DNA of 64,000 nucleotides from positions 113,336,001-113,400,000 of the forward strand of contig OX597820.1 in assembly GCA_951406725.2 (NCBI GenBank), read 5' to 3'. The stretch's first letter is position 1, and every line of letters begins with the position of its first letter. Below, piece by piece: positions 10,040 to 30,384 of the stretch. The position numbers and the translations under genes were made by a program. The notes beneath the pieces were generated by a model. That model saw nothing but the letters and a program-made list of their open reading frames with translations. It was not told the origin of the DNA and did not search any database. This stretch comes from Octopus vulgaris (lineage: Eukaryota).

Positions 10040-11800
10040 AACTAGTTTTCTTCTGCAGATATTGTAGCTGCATTAATCAATATTATCAACATTGATGTTC
10101 TTAGTTTCCTCACGTCCATTGATAAGTAAGCTTAAAGCCGACTGTAGTGCCTCACTGACGCTCGCGAATATAATTAGATCAATTTCAACTTACCGAAGGA
10201 CCGCCTTTCACAGCTGAAATTACAATGGTGTGAACATTATCAGAATAGCAAGTCTCAGTTTTGGAAAGACATGTTCACAACCATACTTAGAAATTTAAAT
10301 GCTTCGGCGACTTTTCGGAAGCTTCTTACAATCCATGATTTCTTCATAAAGTTTTAAATCCGTCTATAACAGTTATCGGCTGAAACAATATTTCTTATAG
10401 ATGTTTATGTTACCAATGTTATTACTTTCATTTTAGTCAAATGGTAATCCTCTAGTATCTATTAAAAATCCAAATTTTCAATCCACGTCATGAAAACGGA
10501 CAAATCTTTCTGCCATTTCATTATGAAGATGATCGATAGTTTTTTGTTACTATTCTCATCATTTCTTCTGTTGCGTTTAACCCTTAAATCATTATGTTTT
10601 TCGTGAACCATTTATTTCTTCTTTATGGGATTTTCTTCTACTTGTATGTCCCATTCATCATATACTTTCATCCAGACTTCAAGTGATTCACTCGTCAATC
10701 ATATTCAGCTGCTTAAAAAGTAACAACATTTAAATTGCAAACCACAACATGAAAAGTTCTCTATTCGTTTTTAAGCGCGAAAAATCCCAGTATAATTTTA
10801 TTCCAAAATCAAGAAGTTAAAAATTAAAATTTGATTTAGCAGCTGCCTTGCCTCGCCTCTTACATTAACACTTTGATTTTGTTCAATGCTTTACAAATGT
10901 TCTGCTATAATATCAGAGAATTCATAAACTGGTTTCCCAGAGTCTGTCCTGGAACGCCATCAAGTTTCAGATTCAGATTTGACGACTATTAAGGACGATA
11001 TGTTTCAACTTCTCCAAACAGAAATTATGCTAGGGTAGAAAGAATAAAGCGACTTCATTGTACCAAGAATAAAGTTGCTATCAATACACTATGAAACACC
11101 AACCAGGCTAATATGATTGCTGCTTAAGGTTTGCATGTTTTCATAAATTCTCGAGGCACATACATTTTATAACAGTGGAATTGTAATGGCCTTGATATCA
11201 GTAAGCTTCTAACGAAATTTCCTATATTCAGAAATTGTTCCAAATTTTTACAAATTGTTCAATACTGTTTCGTTGTTTCAATTTCTGAAATATCTATATA
11301 ACGTATCTTTTTCCTCTTAATACGTTCCGGGAGATTCGAACGTGAATAAATGACCGCTGGTGTATTTCGTTATCGAAGAACACTTGATTCCTTTAGACGA
11401 TGTGTGTTCATAGCAGACGTGATTCACCGGTGTAAGGGGAATTTAAGACACCGCAGAGTTTTGACCCAACTGTGTGTTTCCTTAGAGAAAGCTCCCTGCC
11501 GGACCGATCAATCTAACGAGAGTACGAGCTCTTGTTTATCGAAATCAGTAAACAGATTTCTTGCTGATCGAATCTGGCAGATCATATCGAGATTGAACAG
11601 ATAGGTTATTGTTTGGATTCTCACATTCTACCTGAGCCTCATAAATTATAATCAGTTTGACAAAGTTTGTATTAGCAAATAATTAGTTTACTGAATCTAA
11701 TAAGTAAAAGCTCGTATTCCTGTTAGACTCATTGGTCTGTTAAGATAGCTTGAAGAGACACATACTTAGATCAAAACACAGCTGCGTTTTAAAGTCGACT
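10040..11800 (-). pseudogene. Highly degraded hAT (Tip100/ZMYM1-like) transposase
   Basis: Hand translation of the minus strand gives KSESET*WRSRTD (TRWSSR-like, ~10945-10990), IDHLHNEMAERFVRFHDVD*KFGFL (~10465-10540) and FPKLRLAILIM...SFGKLKLI (dimerisation motif, ~10175-10270). Many stops and frameshifts; upstream limit uncertain. Confidence 0.65.
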
Positions 11801-12748
11801 TACACAGGGGAATCACGTGCGTTATTATCTAAAGAGAGGAGACGTTTTCCGGCGACGAAATACAACGGCGATCAGCAACATACCCGTAGGAATCTGCCAG
11901 AACATATTAATTAATACCAGGATTTTATTATATTAATATTAATATTTCTATTTAAATCAAATATATTGTACATACTTTTAAATCGCCAATTCATTAGGGA
12001 GTAGTTGTTAGAAATCCAACTTTTACTTCAGTAATCGAAGTCCGAAGAAAACTCAGCAAATTATATGAATAAGATATAATGATACTTTTGACGCAAGCCG
12101 CCATACTGAATTTCGTGATCGGTCTCCATTGACTCATAACACATTACGCCAGTTATAATATCACGGAATGCTTCTTGTGTCACAGTTCTACGATAAAAAA
12201 ATTCTAATTACGTCTTTCTTTAATTAGATTTCTTTCTAAAAGAAAAATGTCGTCTGTTTCGTGTTTTTATTCATTTTTTCACTTGAGAGAATTCATCTAA
12301 AAATATTCAAAGCGAAGATGACATTTCACGGATATTTCGTCATAGTCATTTAACACGTGATGTTGGAGTGCATTGTTCATTAAATTCACACAGTGCTATT
12401 GTACTTTGTAGGTGGCTACTACAGAAGTGCTAAAAATACGATAATGACATTTTGTCCTACAAAGGTAAATTCGAATCCTGAAGCCAGATAAATTGCATTT
12501 TTTTTCTAAAATGCTTTCATAAACATGGACTGTGTTACTTTTTCGGATTCCATACTTCTCAATTTTGCACATAAGTCACGAAGGAGAATTTACGGCACAA
12601 ATTGGCATCGATTGATTCACAAAATATTATCTACATCATAAATGTCTCAAGTATGTATAATTTCCTAATCAGGTATATACATATCAATATATATATATAT
12701 ATATATATATATATGGGTTTATGTATGTATACACACACACACATATTG

Positions 12749-12804
<56 letters not shown>

Positions 12805-12808
<4 letters not shown>

Positions 12809-12926
12809 GGTCTGCTCGCTTAGTCAGTGGGGTGGCGTCATTCGAAGGTTAAAACAATGCGAACGCATTGTGACCAGCGATGTGTAACAACAACTGATGA
12901 TCTGGTCGGTCACGTGATCACGTGAT
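12805..12926 (+). mobile_element. 3' fragment of SINE family C with RTE-like tail
   Basis: TGTGACCAGCGATGTGT...TGGTCGGTCACGTGAT resembles the RTE 3' end at 58010-58065. Confidence 0.6.
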
Positions 12927-13008
12927 ATATGTATGTACGTACGTATGTATGTATGTATGTATGTATGTATATATGTGTATATTCATGATAGATAGATAGA
13001 TAGATAGG

Positions 13009-13078
<70 letters not shown>

Positions 13079-13087
13079 TTATGATTT

Positions 13088-13292
13088 TGGTGAGTTGGCA
13101 GAAACGTTAACACGCCGGGCGAAAGGTTTAGTGGTATTTCGCCTGTCTTTACATTCTCAGTTCAAATTCCACGGAGGTCGACTTTCATCTTTTCGGGGTC
13201 GATAAATTAAGTACCAGTTGCGTGCTGGAGTCGATCTAATCGACTGGTCCTCTCCCTCAAAATTTCGGGCTTTGTGCCTAGATTAGAAAAGA
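13088..13292 (+). mobile_element. SINE family B
   Basis: GAGTTGGCAGAAACGTTA...TTCAAATTCCACGGAGGTCGACTTT...AAGTACCAG. Confidence 0.8.
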
Positions 13293-13639
13293 TTGTGATT
13301 GTAACAGGGCGTAGCGATGCTAATAATTAGTTGTTAGAATTTGATATATTTATGCTTTAAAGAAATACGCGAGGAGAATACAGTACGTAATAACAATTAC
13401 TGAATGACAAAAAAATAGGAGTTATGTTAAGGTCTTCAATAGTTTACTGTTGTTTTTGCAACAAAGAGCTGTGCGCTTTAATTTATTGGCTCCGGGGAAG
13501 ATGTAGGATGTTACACAAACTGAGTGCATTGTTTCTTAGAGCAGAAACAGCTGTAAGCTAATGAAGACGATTACGTAATTCCTATTCTTTTGTGATTCAT
13601 TAACATATATGTATATATTATATTAATGATATACGTATA

Positions 13640-18667
<5,028 letters not shown>

Positions 18668-18671
<4 letters not shown>

Positions 18672-19052
18672 CACAGGAGTGGATGTGTGGTAAGTAGCTT
18701 GCTAACCAACCACATGGTTCTGGGTTCAGTCCCACTGCGTGGCATCTTGGGCAAGTGTTTTCTGCTATAGCCCCGGGCTGACCAATGCCTTGTGAGTGGA
18801 TTTGGTAGACGGAAACTGAAAGAAGCCTGTCGTATATATGTATATATGTATGTGTGTATGTATGTGTGTTTGTGCGTGTGTGTGTTTGTCCCCCTAGCAT
18901 TCTTCAAACTTGTGTTTACGTCTTCCCTTACTTATTAAAGAGACCATTAGAATAAGTATTTACAAAGAATAAGTCCCGTTATTTGCTCGACTAAACGGTG
19001 CTCCAGATGGCCGCAGTCAAATGACTGAAACAAGTAAAAGAGTAAAAAGAGT
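18668..19052 (+). mobile_element. SINE family A
   Basis: Full head-to-tail match to the other copies; target-equivalent site reads CTTGCTAACC. Confidence 0.9.
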
Positions 19053-20089
19053 ATATATATATATGGTGGCTGCCCCCTCGTTATCGAGTATGGGCATTGC
19101 ACGAAGCTTAATCAATGTTGTTATCGAGCAATGCCTGTGCAAGAAGTTTTTTTTAAGTGAGGAAAGGCTGTGCACTCAGTCCGATTATTTCTATGTCTCC
19201 GCACATGATACAGCTTTAAGACATTTATTGGATGGCCGTTGACTCTCAAGAGTTCCTCTGCCCTTTGGCGGGTTTTGTTTTTCATCCCGCAGGGTGACCA
19301 ATAAACACCCTCCTCACCAAGCGAGCTTGTTGGGGTTGCCGGTTTAGTCGCCGACGACCCGACCATGCAACATGTACTGGATTACATGTTACCAGTAGCA
19401 CTCGAAAGTGACCTGACATAATATATATATATATATACATACATACATACATACATACATACATACAGACAGACATACATACAGGCAGTCAGACAGACAT
19501 CAACCAAATTATTGTCAACTGCGTGAGAATATCTTCCAAATATTATCTTCTCATGAGGTAGTGACCAGAACGGTCTCGAAGAGGATAAAAAAAGAGAAAA
19601 CACCCACTGATGAAGTTGACTATATTGTGACCGGTGGGTCAAAAGGCTGTTGGTGGGACCTAAAACTTAAAACAGCCACCAAATTAAAACACATGTTGCT
19701 ATGTGGTACCACAAAGATAGGATATGTTCTTTTCTACGGTCACCAGAGTAGTTAGAAAAATAGGGGTGGAGAAGATCTATGGACCATTCATAAGGGGTTT
19801 GTAAGTCCAGTACCCCAGATGCACTTTCAGCTTCATGCCACCTATTAGTGGAGCAACAGGATACATACCAACCCGACTGAAGCCAAGTATGACTGAACGT
19901 GGTTTCCTGCAGGAGGGAACGCAATTCCTTAATTCATATACTCATATACTACAAATGATAACGATTTCCGGGGCTATAAATCTGCAAGGCCTTTTTAAGA
20001 TTTAAAGAACGATGTGTAAAACGAGATGCTTTCCTTCACGAGTAGGTCGCCAGTCCAACATTGCTTTAAATTAAAAAGGGAAAGATAGG

Positions 20090-20370
20090 TATATACATGC
20101 ACACATACATACATACACATACATACATACATACATACATACATGCATACATACATACATACATACATACGTACATACATACATACATACATACATACAT
20201 ACATACATACATACATACATACATACATACATACATACATACATACATACATACATACATACATACATACATACATACATACATACATACACACATACAT
20301 ACATACATATATAAATACATAATATATACATACATACATGCATGCATACATACATACATACACATACATT
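20090..20370. repeat. (CATA)n microsatellite
   Basis: Direct inspection. Confidence 0.95.
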
Positions 20371-20449
20371 TTGGCAAAGCTAGAGATATCTGGCATTACT
20401 TAGATATATTGAAACAGTTGGTAGTTATGTATGTATAGGGATATATATA

Positions 20450-20485
<36 letters not shown>

Positions 20486-20724
20486 TGTATGTATGTGTAT
20501 GTATGTATGTATGTATTGTTGTGACTTCAATCATGAATGACCATGGGATTGCACCTAGAAAGTTACCTTCAGAGACACAAGTCTGGGCAAGGTTGTTTAT
20601 GGGAGACCGCAGTCGACCACGCAAACCAGCCTCCCCTCTCCACGCCACCAATGTTATCCAAGGGAAAGGCAAAGGCCGATAGAGCTTGGCACCAATGACG
20701 TTGCAGCTCATTTATTAACATGCT

Positions 20725-21027
20725 AGTAGCTGAGCACTCCACAGACATGGATACCCTTAACGTAGTTCTCAGGGAGATTCAGCATGACTCAGAGTGTGAC
20801 AAGGCTGGCCCTTTGAAATACAGGTACAACAGAAACAGGAATAAAGAGTGAGAGAAAGTTGTGGTGAAAGAGTACAGCAGGGTTCACCACTACCCACTGC
20901 CGGAGCCTTGTGGAGCTTTGGGTGTTTTCGCTCAATAAACATTCACAATGCTCGGTCTGGCAATCGAAACCGCAATCCTACGACCGCAAGTCCGCTGTCC
21001 TAACCACTGGGCCATTGCGCCTCCACA
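20725..21027 (-). mobile_element. SINE family C (tRNA head GGAGGCGCAATGGCCCAGTGGTTAGG)
   Basis: Matches 60138-60519. Confidence 0.8.
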
Positions 21028-21054
21028 TATGTATACACACACACACACACATAC

Positions 21055-21123
<69 letters not shown>

Positions 21124-21499
21124 TGTATGTATGTATGCATGCATATGTATATGTATGTATGTATGTATGTGTGTGTGTATGTATGTATGTATGTATGTAT
21201 CTATTTACATACATTCTTTCATGCATACATACTTGCATACATACATTCATGCATGCATACATACAGACATACACACACACACGCACACACACACGTACAC
21301 ACCCACACACGCGTACACATACACGCGCACACACACACGCACACACACATATATATATATATATATAAATATAAGAGGGAATTTTTAAACCACTATGTGA
21401 AAACCCTGCTAGAAGAAGATCCGCTATTATCAAATTAATATTCAACTTTTTCACCCTCATTTTGATTTTAATTTCATACATACATACATACACACACAT

Positions 21500-21631
<132 letters not shown>

Positions 21632-21712
21632 CATGTATGTATGCTATGTAAGTTATACATGTATGTATGTATGTTGTGTGGTCGAAACATATCTAAGTTT
21701 ATCTATGTTGTA

Positions 21713-21748
<36 letters not shown>

Positions 21749-21858
21749 TGTATGTATGTATGTGTGTGTGTATGTATGTATGTATGTATGTATGTATTTA
21801 GATTAGAAACTGGCTCTTTCTCTATTGGCAAGAAATCTTGAGATAAAACTGAATAATT

Positions 21859-22203
21859 ACGAGGCTGAGTCAAAAAGTAATGACATTTTGTTTAGGACAG
21901 TTGTTATAATTACCAACACAGGAACATGTATCATAGATCAAAATGAAGCTGGTCCTTTGTGGATCACATCCCTACTTCTCAACATAGTCACCGTTTCTCT
22001 CAATAGCAATGTTCCACCTTCGAATGAGAGCATGTATACCTGCCCCGAAAAATTCTGTTGACTGTTCTTTGAACCACTTCTTCACCACCTCCACACTCAC
22101 CAGAATTAGCGTCTTCAGGTTATCATCTCTTCACCTCCACGAAAGGGGGTTTGAGAAGCAAACATTATTCCAGTGACGAGGAAGTGAAAGCTGTAGTGAA
22201 GAT
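21859..22203. mobile_element. Mariner transposon end fragment, internally rearranged
   Basis: TA-CGAGGCTGAGTCAAAAAGTAATG TIR. Minus-strand WFKEQSTEFFGAGIHALIRRWNIAIERNGDYVEK*; plus-strand GLRSKHYSSDEEVKAVVK. Confidence 0.7.
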
Positions 22204-23189
22204 GTATGTATGTATGTATGTATGTAGGTAGGTAGGTATGTAGGTATGTATGTTATGTATATAACATACATACATACATACATACATACATCTCGATTCC
22301 CCCTCCACATCCTTCCCCTTGTCTTTCTTCTACTTCCTCTCCTCGTCAACCTTTTTCTTTTTCGTTCTCTACCATAGAAAATGGAAAGATGTAGTTGAAC
22401 AAAAAACACACAATAAAGATCACTGCGGCACAACTGTAACCCAAACTCAATAGTAAAGGTTGGATACACTGATGTGTAACTGGAGAGACGGGTACAAATG
22501 GTCAATTGAAGGGGAAACAAGTGTGAGCATGAGAAAGAAAGAAAGAAAGAAAGAAAGAACCGACTGCAGTACTTGGTTGGTATTTTATTCATCAACCCCC
22601 CAAAAGGGAGAAAGCTACATCGATCTAGGCGGGATCTGAACCAAGAATTCAGAGAGCAGGACGACTATCGCAGGGCATTCCATCGACGCTCAAATGACTC
22701 TCTGCTAATGTTAACAGATTGTTGAACATTTGTAGAGGCTCCCTCGTTGGCCAATGGTTATATAAGTGTATAATGATTGATGACTGGTAATGTATGTAGG
22801 ATGTATGATGTATGTATGTATATAATGTATGTATGTATGTATGTATGTATGTATGTATGTATGTATGTATGTATGTATGTATGTATGTATGTATGTATGT
22901 ATGTATGTAGCAATCTATCTATGTGTGCGAGCGTTGTGTATGTTTGTACGTCTGCATGCGTGTGCGCGTGCGTTGTGTGTATGTGCACGAGTATTTGAGT
23001 AAAATATTAAGCCGATTATTGATAATCTAAGTTACGTTTGCACCAGAACAGTCAGGCTCTAGCAAAGACAGAAGAAGCATTCAACCCACGAAACAATAAC
23101 AACAAAAGTAACGACAAAATAATGTAAAGACGGCAGTGAACATTGAAAAGAGAGAGAAAATAACGTTTCAAACGTATAGCAATGGTTGT

Positions 23190-23430
23190 TATATGTCTCA
23201 GTGAGAATGTTTGCAATAGGTTCCAGTGTATCTAGAATGTTTTCTATATGTCCCAATCTATCTAGAATGTTTGCTATATGTCACGGTGTATTTCGGATGA
23301 CATATGTTCCAGTAAATCTAGAATGTTTGATATATATCCTGGTGTGTTTGGAATGTCTGATACAAATCTCAGTGTATCTAGAGTGTTTGATAAATAACCC
23401 ATCATTGAATGTCCAAAATATATATCCTTG
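23190..23430. repeat. Degenerate ~30-bp minisatellite (~7-8 units)
   Basis: Unit approximately CTAGAATGTTTGCTATATGTCCCAGTGTAT. Confidence 0.7.
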
Positions 23431-24156
23431 CGTGTAAAGGTGCTTTATATTATTAATCTCAACGACTAAGCTAGCAGAACCCGTATTTCTTCCGGTCTTT
23501 TACGTTTCAAATCCCAGTTATCAACTTTGTCTTTCATTCTAACGGGGTCGCTAATATAAAGTACCAGTCAAGTACCGATGCTACTGGCTAATCTCTTCCC
23601 TTCAAAACTGATGGCCTTCTGCAAATTTTAAATGCACTTCAGTTTTCTCGCTCCATTCTTGAACAATTTGCTCATGCTCCATCATTACTTTTCACTTTAT
23701 TGTTTGCAGATGTGGGTTTTAGTGTAGGGAGACTTCATCCTTTAGAGGCGGGCTTTCAGTCATTCTTTCTCCCTTTCCTTCGGTCGGTTTAGGATGATAG
23801 AATCTTACTTGGCTTCGCCTTTCTTTGTGATATTTAAATCACCGCAGAACATCGTAATTTTCCGGATAACCTGCTTCGACGGGATAACACGAAATACCCT
23901 GGTATGCCTAGAATATCAGATATCCCTGTAAGACTAGAACCACCTGTTGAAAGTTCGACCGCTTGGTCATGGAAGGTTTGGGAACAACCCATAAAGCTGA
24001 TGATGCATACTTCAATTGGATTTTAGAAAGTAAATTTAGGAGTGTAAATTTGTAATGCAAATTTCTCATGCAAACAAACACCAGGTTTGCACGCGAAATA
24101 GGACGCAGAACAGAAGCAGCAGTAGTAGTATCAGTAAAAGCAACAGCAGCAGCAGC

Positions 24157-24188
<32 letters not shown>

Positions 24189-24412
24189 AAGTTGCTTAAT
24201 CACTGGCCAGCCCCGATTGAGCCTCTTAAAAAAAAAGACATTCCATCTATGGCCATCCATCCCAGGAATGCTACATGACCACATTATCGGATGTATCTTT
24301 CTCGTTTGAAAGCCATAGGGTGTGGACTGAAGACGATTTAGCTGCTGTTTCTAGAAGGCCGTGTGACCACCTACACTCCCTCTTTGATAAGTAGAAGTAG
24401 TAATAGTAGTAA

Positions 24413-24454
<42 letters not shown>

Positions 24455-24987
24455 CAGTAGTAGCAGCAGCAGCAGCAGCAATAGTAGCAGTGGAAGCAGC
24501 AACAAAAACAGTAGCAGTAAAGAAGTGGTGTGTCAAAGTAGCTCTACTTACTTGCACCAAATGCTAGAAATGGCAGCTAAATTTCGCACATATCACACGC
24601 AACAGCCATTAAATAAAATAAAACATGAAACTTTCGCCAATGTGGTTCAAAATATATCAATATGCAGGATGGTCACGGTCGGAACACTTTTGATCACATA
24701 TATGTACTAACAAGAATCCCCTGGGGAGCTAAACAATACCAGTAACAACATTACTGTTGATCAAAGGCTCTCCTGCGGTCATCATCCCACTATCATTTCT
24801 TGACAAAACGGCTGAAGCAATGTGTGTCCAGGACTAATATTATCCAACGTGTCGTTCCTTTTTCTTAGGATGGGAAGCACATGATTTGAGGAAGAACTGG
24901 CTGGTATTTCTAATACAACCAGCGACCAGTCAGCGGTCGGTTAGATACTATTAAGCATTAAAGTTGTGTGATATTAATGTTGAAGAT

Positions 24988-25190
24988 AAGGCGGCGAACT
25001 GGCAGAATCGTTAGCATGCCGGGAAAAAATGCTTAGCGGCATTTCGTCCGTCATTACTTTCTGAGTTCAAATTCCTCTGGGGTCGACTTTGCCTTTCATC
25101 GATGAATTAAATACTAGTGAAACACCGAGGTCGATGTAATCGACTATCCCCGCCCCAAAATTGCAGGCCTTGCGCATATAGTAGAAAGGA
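24988..25190 (+). mobile_element. SINE family B
   Basis: AAGGCGGCGAACTGGCAGAATCGTTAGCA head and shared body. Confidence 0.8.
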
Positions 25191-25331
25191 TATTAATGGT
25201 GGAGATGTCTAGCCCTAGGTCAGTGTCGATCAAAAATCCTATAAATCAAAGACGTTCGTGCACTGACGAATTTCTTCTTTTAGGCGGTGTATCAAGCAAC
25301 GTGAACCTAGAACTAATATTATTTACAACAT

Positions 25332-25730
25332 AAGGCGGCGAGCTGGCAGAAACGTTAGCACTCCGAGCGAAATGTGTAGCCGTATTTCGTCTGCCGTTGC
25401 GTTCTGAGTTTAAATTCCGCCGAGGTCGACTTTGCCTTTCATCCTTTCGGGGTCGATTAAATAAGTACCAATTACGCACTGGGATCGATATAATCGACTT
25501 AATCCGTTTGTCTGTCCTTGTTTGTCCTCTCTGTGTTTAGCCCCTTGTGGGTAGTAAAGAAATAGGCATTTCGTCTGCCGTTACGTTCTGAGTTCAAATT
25601 CCGCCGAGGTCGACTTTGCCTTTCATCCTTTCGGGGTCGATAAATTAAGTACCAGTTGAATACTGAGGTCGATGTAATCGACTGGACCCCTCCCCTTAAT
25701 TTCGGGCCCTGTGCTTTGATTAGAAAAGAA
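25332..25730 (+). mobile_element. SINE family B, dimeric
   Basis: Two tandem GTTCTGAGTTCAAATTCCGCCGAGGTCGAC units. Confidence 0.85.
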
Positions 25731-26276
25731 TATAATTTACAACATATCCTTCCTTTTGTCATGATGATAGTATGCGATTTGAGAGTAATCTGGCTGATAT
25801 TTCCAGCAAAACCAACGACCGGGAAAAAGCTGGTCAGCGTTAATGACGCAGACTTGATCAAATGCATGTCCCATTTCTTTTTGCTTTATTTGATTTATAT
25901 ATATTTTCTTTCAACGAAACTATATACTGTAATTTCAAGAGAGATTTGACTGCTATTTCTAGCGGATCGCGTGGAAACATAGTTGTGACCCCTCATTGGT
26001 TCATTTCTAGGTGAGCCGTCATTATGCATATCCTGTTGCACCCAGCCTGCTGATGGAGCGGACATATTTCTTTCTTTCTTACCTTCTTTTCTTTTCCTTT
26101 TTTCGCTTTTTTTTTAAACTTTTAAACAACTGCTCAATTCTTTTGTTTACAGCTGACTATGTTTACAGCAGCAGATATACTTACAGATGTATGTGTGCGC
26201 GTGTGTGTGTGTATTATACACGCACAAATACATATGCTAACAACTACATATGTGTGTATATATATATATATATATA

Positions 26277-27105
<829 letters not shown>

Positions 27106-27112
27106 TATATAC

Positions 27113-27146
<34 letters not shown>

Positions 27147-27151
27147 GCATG

Positions 27152-27182
<31 letters not shown>

Positions 27183-27939
27183 ACGTATATATATATATAT
27201 GTATGTATTTGTGTGTTTGTGTTTGTCCCCCCACCATCACTTGACAACCGTTGTTGGAGCGTTTTTACGTACCCCTAACTTACCGGTTCGGTAAAAGAGA
27301 CCGACAGAATAAGTACTAGGCTTACAAAGAATAAGTCATGAGATCGATTTGTTCGACTAAAGGCGATGCTCCTGCATGGCCGCAGTCAAAATGACTGAAA
27401 CACGTATATATAAGCAGACACACGTGCATGGACACACACACAAATGCTCCCACAAAGACACACACTCACGTCAGTGTGCATATGTATATATATCTTTCAT
27501 TATTCAGAAGGACCCTGCTTTCGGCCAAGTCCCCTCGAATCCCTGTTGCTCATATTACCATATGTTTCTCACAGAAGATAAACGAAAAGGAAAAGAGAAG
27601 AAAAGAGGCGATAAAGAGACGAGGTAAAAGGATGAAGGTCAGCAAAAGAAAGAAGCAGAAGAAGGAAAAGGAGGAAGAGATTTAGTGGAAAGCTGCTTAG
27701 CTAAGCGCATATAGATTGCAGTATCGGTTAAAATGGGAGGCAAGCAGACGACAGTGTCACATGCAAAGGAATTTGTCCAATCAGCTTAATTTGGACCAGA
27801 TATTGGAGGAGTAAGAGGTGGGGAATTGTGGTAGTAGGAGGGGTGCTGAAAAGAAAGTGGCGAGATGTAGAGTTGAGCGGTGAGTGGGAGCAAGGAGAGG
27901 GGAATGATTGAGAGTGAGACAGCACACACACACACACAC

Positions 27940-28210
<271 letters not shown>

Positions 28211-29173
28211 ACACACGCATACATACACACACACACACATTTAAAAAATACATGTTTACAATAACCGTCCAGAGTTAGCCGTCGTATGTGCCCCAACGTT
28301 TGTGTCCACATATGTGCCACAACGAATTTTATAACTTCCAGAAAAATTGATATTTTTTATTTAAAGTTTTTTTACAAATATGCTTCAGGTGTCGTAGATT
28401 CTAATTCTATCGGAATTTGTTGTGAAATAAATTGTGATATGTGTCAGTACGTATTTGTACTCTGCAGCTAATTTTTACTTCCATGTTAAATTCCGATATA
28501 TTCGCGATCTACACTAAAAGGTATTTGTCGAAATTTTCATTTAAAAATAACCACTTTTTCGATAGTTATGAGGAAACAAATCCGACTCGTATAAATTTTC
28601 TGAAACCCCTTCTCTCACTCCCACCAAATGTTCATGACGGGACTACAGATGTTTCGCATTGTGCAGATTTTGATAATATGAGAATTTGTTGTGAAAATAC
28701 TTTTACAAGGGTAATGAGAGGAGTTTCGGAAAATCACACGAGTCCCTATCATTTTTTTCTTTTTTTTTTTCACAACTACCAGAAAAATGGGTATTTTTTC
28801 ATAAAATTTACTGCAAATACCTCTCAGAGTAGATTACAGTTGCATCAGAATTTAATAAAAACAAAAAAAGAATTGGTGGGACATACTGATGCGCATAACA
28901 TATATCTACAGAGTAAAACTTGTTTCAGTGTATGTCTGCTAGCTCAACATTTTTCTTTTCACATAAAATTTCTCTATATTTACACGCTCTGAAAAGCATT
29001 TATAACAATAATAAATAAATAAAATTCAGTTAAAAGGACACATTTTCCCGAAGCGTATTCGTAAAAAAAAATTTCATTACAAATGTTTTCTTTTTCTGGA
29101 AGTTATGAGGAAACAAAATTGGTGGGACACATTCATTGCTTTAACATAAGTGATACTAAGATTACATTGTTAT

Positions 29174-29362
29174 AAGGCGGCGAAATTCGTAGCTGTATTT
29201 CGTCTGCCGTTACGTTCTGAGTTCAAATTCCGCCGAGGTCGACTTCGCTTTTCATCCTTTCGGGGGTCGATAAATTAAGTACCGGTTACGCACTGGGGTC
29301 GATGTAATCGACTTAATCCGTTTGTCCCCTCTGTTTTTAGCCCCTTGTGTGCAATAAAGAAA
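29174..29362 (+). mobile_element. SINE family B (internally deleted) with likely TSD
   Basis: Family B body; GATACTAAGATTACA occurs on both sides (~29152 and ~29365). Confidence 0.7.
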
Positions 29363-29524
29363 CAGATACTAAGATTACACTCCAGCTTGCTTCTCATCAC
29401 TTTCATCTTGTCTGCATCGATATATAATTAATTACATAACTGTCTATATATAAACAAGGAATATGTTTCTTTCGTTCAGTTTGTATCACAAGGGTGACAA
29501 TAATGTGAAAGAGACGGCCTCAAT

Positions 29525-29919
29525 TTTTACTCTTTTACTCTTTTACTTGTTTCAGTCATTTGACTGCGGCCATGCTGGAGCACCGCCTTTAGTCGAGCAA
29601 ATCGACCCCGGGACTTATACTTTGTAAGCCCAGTACTTATTCTATTGGTCTCTTTTGCTGAACCGCTAAATGACGGGGACATAAACACACCAGCATCGGT
29701 TGTCAAGCAATGCTAAGGGGACAAACACACACACATACACATATATACATATATACGACAGGCTTCTTTCAGTTTCCGTCTACCAAATCCACTCACAAGG
29801 CATTGGTCGGCCCGGGGCTATAGCAGAAGACACTTGCCCAAGATACCACACCGTGGGACTGAACCTGGAACCATGTGGTTGGTTAGCAAGCTACTTACCA
29901 CACAGCCACTCCTGCGCCT
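29525..29919 (-). mobile_element. SINE family A
   Basis: Full reverse-complement copy with a GAGTAAAA tail. Confidence 0.9.
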
Positions 29920-30014
29920 ATTGTTCACTACAAATAAATGTAAATAAGATAACGGTATTTATGATGTTGCGTTTAGTAACAAATATTAACTGTATTAAAA
30001 ATGCATCGTTGTGC

Positions 30015-30096
<82 letters not shown>

Positions 30097-30384
30097 TGTG
30101 TTTGTGTCTGAGTGAGTGAGTGTGCGTGTGTGTGAGAATATTAAAATTCATTGGCAGTATTTAGGTAGTAAATTTTCATGCCCGTTCTTTTTTTCATAAT
30201 TGCATTCATTTCATCTTATTGCTGTACTTTTCGCTTTCCATTATTGTTCGAGCTTCATTCATGTTTCATGTGTTGCTGCTCCGAAATGCACCATAAATAT
30301 CCGTTTATATTTAGATCTGACGATTATACGGACCAATCCAAACGGTCTACTTCACTTTTATGCTCTTCTTACCAAAGTTAAATA

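Noticed and set aside
10059-10125. Possible plus-strand exon (TTCTGCAG...GTAAGC)
   Set aside because: Overlaps the minus-strand hAT relic, and no partner exons were found.
23190-23430. CRISPR-like periodic repeat
   Set aside because: Contiguous degenerate 30-bp units without unique spacers; eukaryotic context with no cas genes.
24055-24710. Poly-Ser ORFs
   Set aside because: (AGT/AGC)n microsatellites.
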